Source of the DNA: Anolis carolinensis
Taxonomy: Eukaryota
Assembly (NCBI RefSeq): GCF_035594765.1
Contig: NC_085844.1
Coordinates: 17,189,923 to 17,253,922 of the forward strand
Reading direction: 5' to 3'
DNA length: 64,000 nt
Shown here: piece after piece, positions 1 through 64,000 of the stretch
Numbering within the stretch: position 1 is the stretch's first letter
Layout: each line of letters begins with the position of its first letter
Program-made: the position numbers and the translations under genes
The notes under the pieces: generated by a model
Databases searched by the model: none
What the model saw: only the letters and a program-made list of their open reading frames with translations
What the model was told of the DNA's origin: nothing

Positions 1-44
1 ACAATTTGGATCCACGTAATTTTATTCTTCAACTTTCACTAGCA

Positions 45-226
45 TGTTGTTGTGTGCCTCCAAGTTGATGGTTTTTTTTTTTTACTTATGATGATCCTAA
101 ACAACCCTGTCACATGATTTTCTGGAGATGAGAGCGTGTGACTCAACCCTAAGTTACACAAAAGTTTCCACGGCTGAGCAGGAAATCAAACCCTGGTCTT
201 CAGAATCATAGTCCAACACTCAAACC
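45..226 (-). mobile_element. Old tRNA-headed SINE with RTE-like tail (related copies at ~14335-14505, ~34575-34803, ~47548-47705)
   Basis: Dispersed copies share gttgtgtgccttcaagt...gtgtgacttgcccaaggtcac...ggattcgaaccctggtc (reverse B-box); boundaries approximate. Confidence 0.6.
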
Positions 227-440
227 CAGTGGTTTTTGTCTCTGAAATATTGCATTGCTTATTTGTCATGAATTTACAGGATTTTCTATTTAACAGCATT
301 TTATATTCCCCCCTTTCCAATGATTCCACAATCCAATTTTAATATAGAAATGTAGTCACTAAATAATTTGGTAATCCTGGATTGATGAGATAAGGAAGAA
401 AGATGTAAAGATTCAAACATCTTGTTTGTTTGGCAAAAAA

Positions 441-460
441 ACACACACACACACACACAC
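441..460. repeat. (CA)n microsatellite
   Basis: Seen directly. Confidence 0.9.
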
Positions 461-1661
461 AAGACACAGAAAAGTCATCACTGCTTAGATTTCCAATAGA
501 AATGAATGGGAGGAATGGTGATTCCAAATCCAAATCATAATCCAGAGACAAAGTCTGGATTCAGATCATTCAAGTTCATGATCTATGGTGCTAATATGGG
601 CTACATATCAGACCAAGAGGCTCATGCACAGCCCCAATGGTGTGTTACATCCTTGGAGAATGTTAGCTATTCTCCTTTCCAGGTTTTTGCAGATGAATAA
701 ATAAAACATGAAAATGAAAAGACTTTATCATGGCATACAATGGCTTCGTTTCCCCCTTTATGCTGATGTAGCTTCTAAATAAATGATAGGAAATGCCATC
801 GAGGTCAGAAAGTATGAACTTAGATTTCTAAAATGCCTGAGGGAAATAAATTCATCAGACGGTACAATTTCTAACCATCTTGTTTTTATGAATGTGCTCA
901 TATAACCCTCAATTCAAATGATAATATAGGGATGCTGCATTCACATAGGATGGGATGGAGATGATACAATACATTTGGATAACCAAGAAGCTCCTCTCCA
1001 GCCATGAGATGGTAAATCCATTCTGGAGTGTGATTGTGAATGTTCAGGGAGCTATCCAAGGTACTGAATATACTTTATGTGTAGAATTTGGCATTTTGGA
1101 CAGATTCTTCAAAGTTGAAGCATTCATCACGATACTGACATATAAATTAATAAATACCAGAAGTCACTGCTGCTCAATAATCTCCTCCAGACATTCCTGG
1201 ATTTTGAGCAGATAGAACAGGGCAAATGTCAAGGACTAGGGTTGCATTAGCTACTTGGGGAATTTGGAGGGCTTTTCTCCTCCCCATCACAAACTACTAA
1301 TTGTGTTTGGAATTTTTTTTGGGAAGTAAATGTTTGCCTCATCCCAAGTAAAAGGCAGGGTATGAATCCAATAAATCAGTTTTTGAAATGTCCCCTATGG
1401 GTCATGTACTAGAACAATTTTGCATGTTTTTGACTTGCTTTGGACCACATTAAATCCAGGAGAGGCTTTTCTACCCCAACATAATAACTTCCTCAACTTC
1501 TCCTGGGTCAAAGAAACACCTGAAGGGCAAAAACAAGAAGAAATTGCTTCTTTCTCTGGGGAAATCTGGGACCTCTTTACCGGAACCTGGATCATCCATG
1601 TATTAGTCACAGATCCTCAGGTCATAATGAAAACGGACACACAGCCAGCAAAGTTTACTCA

Positions 1662-62807
<61,146 letters not shown>

Positions 62808-63126
62808 TCATCAATACCCTGGGAAATACTTCTGAAGCTTGAATCAAGGTCAAATTCCAACAAACAGCATTGACAAATTCAGTTTGATTCCACTTTTGAT
62901 ATGAACTTCCCAATATCTGAACATTCTATAATGGAAACTTATTCATGTTTCTTAAGCTCAGAGGTGGTTCCAGATTTGAAGGGTCAATCGGCTAAATATC
63001 CTCCAAATGAATCTTCTCTTTTATCAATGGAGCTAAGCAGGAATATTTGGGTTCAGTGGCAAGTGCTGCCAAGCCTGGGAAACCTCCAGCCAGGATTCTG
63101 AGAGTTGCAATCCCTCAAATGTAATT

Positions 63127-63620
63127 ATTTAATTTATTTCTTTACAGTATTTATATTCCGGCCTTCTCACCCGGAAGGGGACTCAGGGCAGATCACAGTA
63201 TATACATACGCGGCAATCATTCAGTGTTGTTTATACACTGACAAGACAGACAATAGAACATAGATAGAGGTAAATATAGGCTTTTCCCATCTTCAGCATC
63301 TTGGAAGCTTGTATTCAGTTCCGGCCTGGGGGGGGGGCATGCTGTCACTCCATCTCTTTGCCAAAGAGCTTTGTTAGTAAACTTCCTCCTTGATCAAATT
63401 GTCGGCATTTTTCTGGCATTTCCTAATGGGTGCCTTAAAATACCTCCACACTTTTAAGCAGTACTGATTTATCTACTCACATTTTTTGCTTTCAAACCGC
63501 TAGGTAGGCGGAAGCTGGGCTAAAGTCTAGGAGCTCACTCTGACTCAAGCTTTGAACTGTCAACCTTTTGATTGACAAGATTTACTGCAGCTGGTGTTTT
63601 AACTTGCTCTGCTAAAGCCC
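63127..63620 (-). mobile_element. L2-tailed tRNA SINE, diverged subfamily
   Basis: Shares the tail tttatattccg..cttctcacc..gaaggggactcagggc with 40340 and 51699. Confidence 0.7.
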
Positions 63621-64000
63621 ATTCTAAATTCTGCACTGGGAAACTATCTTGTGTTTAGATTCAACCTCCCCCTCCATCCTCTTCATCTTCAGAATTCCAG
63701 AAAGGAAATAAAAGTTAATAAAGACAATAAGACAGTGAGTCCTGTCAGGCAGCTGCCTGTGGATATTCAGTGCTAATGCTGACTCTGAAAATATCATTAA
63801 TGAAACTTGGATTTCTAGGTCAAAGGGGAATCCCTTTCAAAACTTATTTTCCCTCACAAGTTAATTAAGATAAATACTGCTAAACCTTAACTGGAAGATT
63901 GCCGAGATCTGAGGTCTAGCAAGCAGAATATTTAAGGGTTTGTCTGCTTTGCAAGTTTATTCACATAACACTGGGTAATGCGAGTAGTGATGCAGTGAGA

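Noticed and set aside
1-1660. Search for the final FER1L6 exon (RPDTSFSWF...TM helix)
   Set aside because: Not found on the - strand; presumed to lie beyond position 1.

Overview
Vertebrate genomic DNA. The repeat content (Sauria SINE, an L2-tailed tRNA SINE, Penelope-like elements) points to a squamate, most likely an Anolis lizard. The whole window lies inside one minus-strand ferlin gene, best matched to FER1L6. I resolved 27 consecutive coding exons (62787 down to 1663; 3693 nt, 1230 full codons), all GT-AG and phase-compatible, running from the FerA/FerB region through C2D, C2DE, C2E and C2F. The 5' exons and the last (transmembrane) exon are not in the window. Introns are dense with retroelements (SINEs, CR1/L2/RTE fragments, Penelope-like pieces with minimal hammerhead motifs, four solo LTRs with 5-bp TSDs) and DNA elements (hAT, Tc1/mariner and Harbinger-type MITEs, one Helitron). 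There are two assembly gaps. The most notable observation is that three divergent solo LTRs share a U3 reading frame fixed to the LTR edge. It encodes an acidic 'DEE-x-GF' motif and a C-terminal R(R/H)SxR(L/I) motif resembling the HMGN nucleosome-binding core. Family names and orthology come from recalled sequence knowledge, not a database search.
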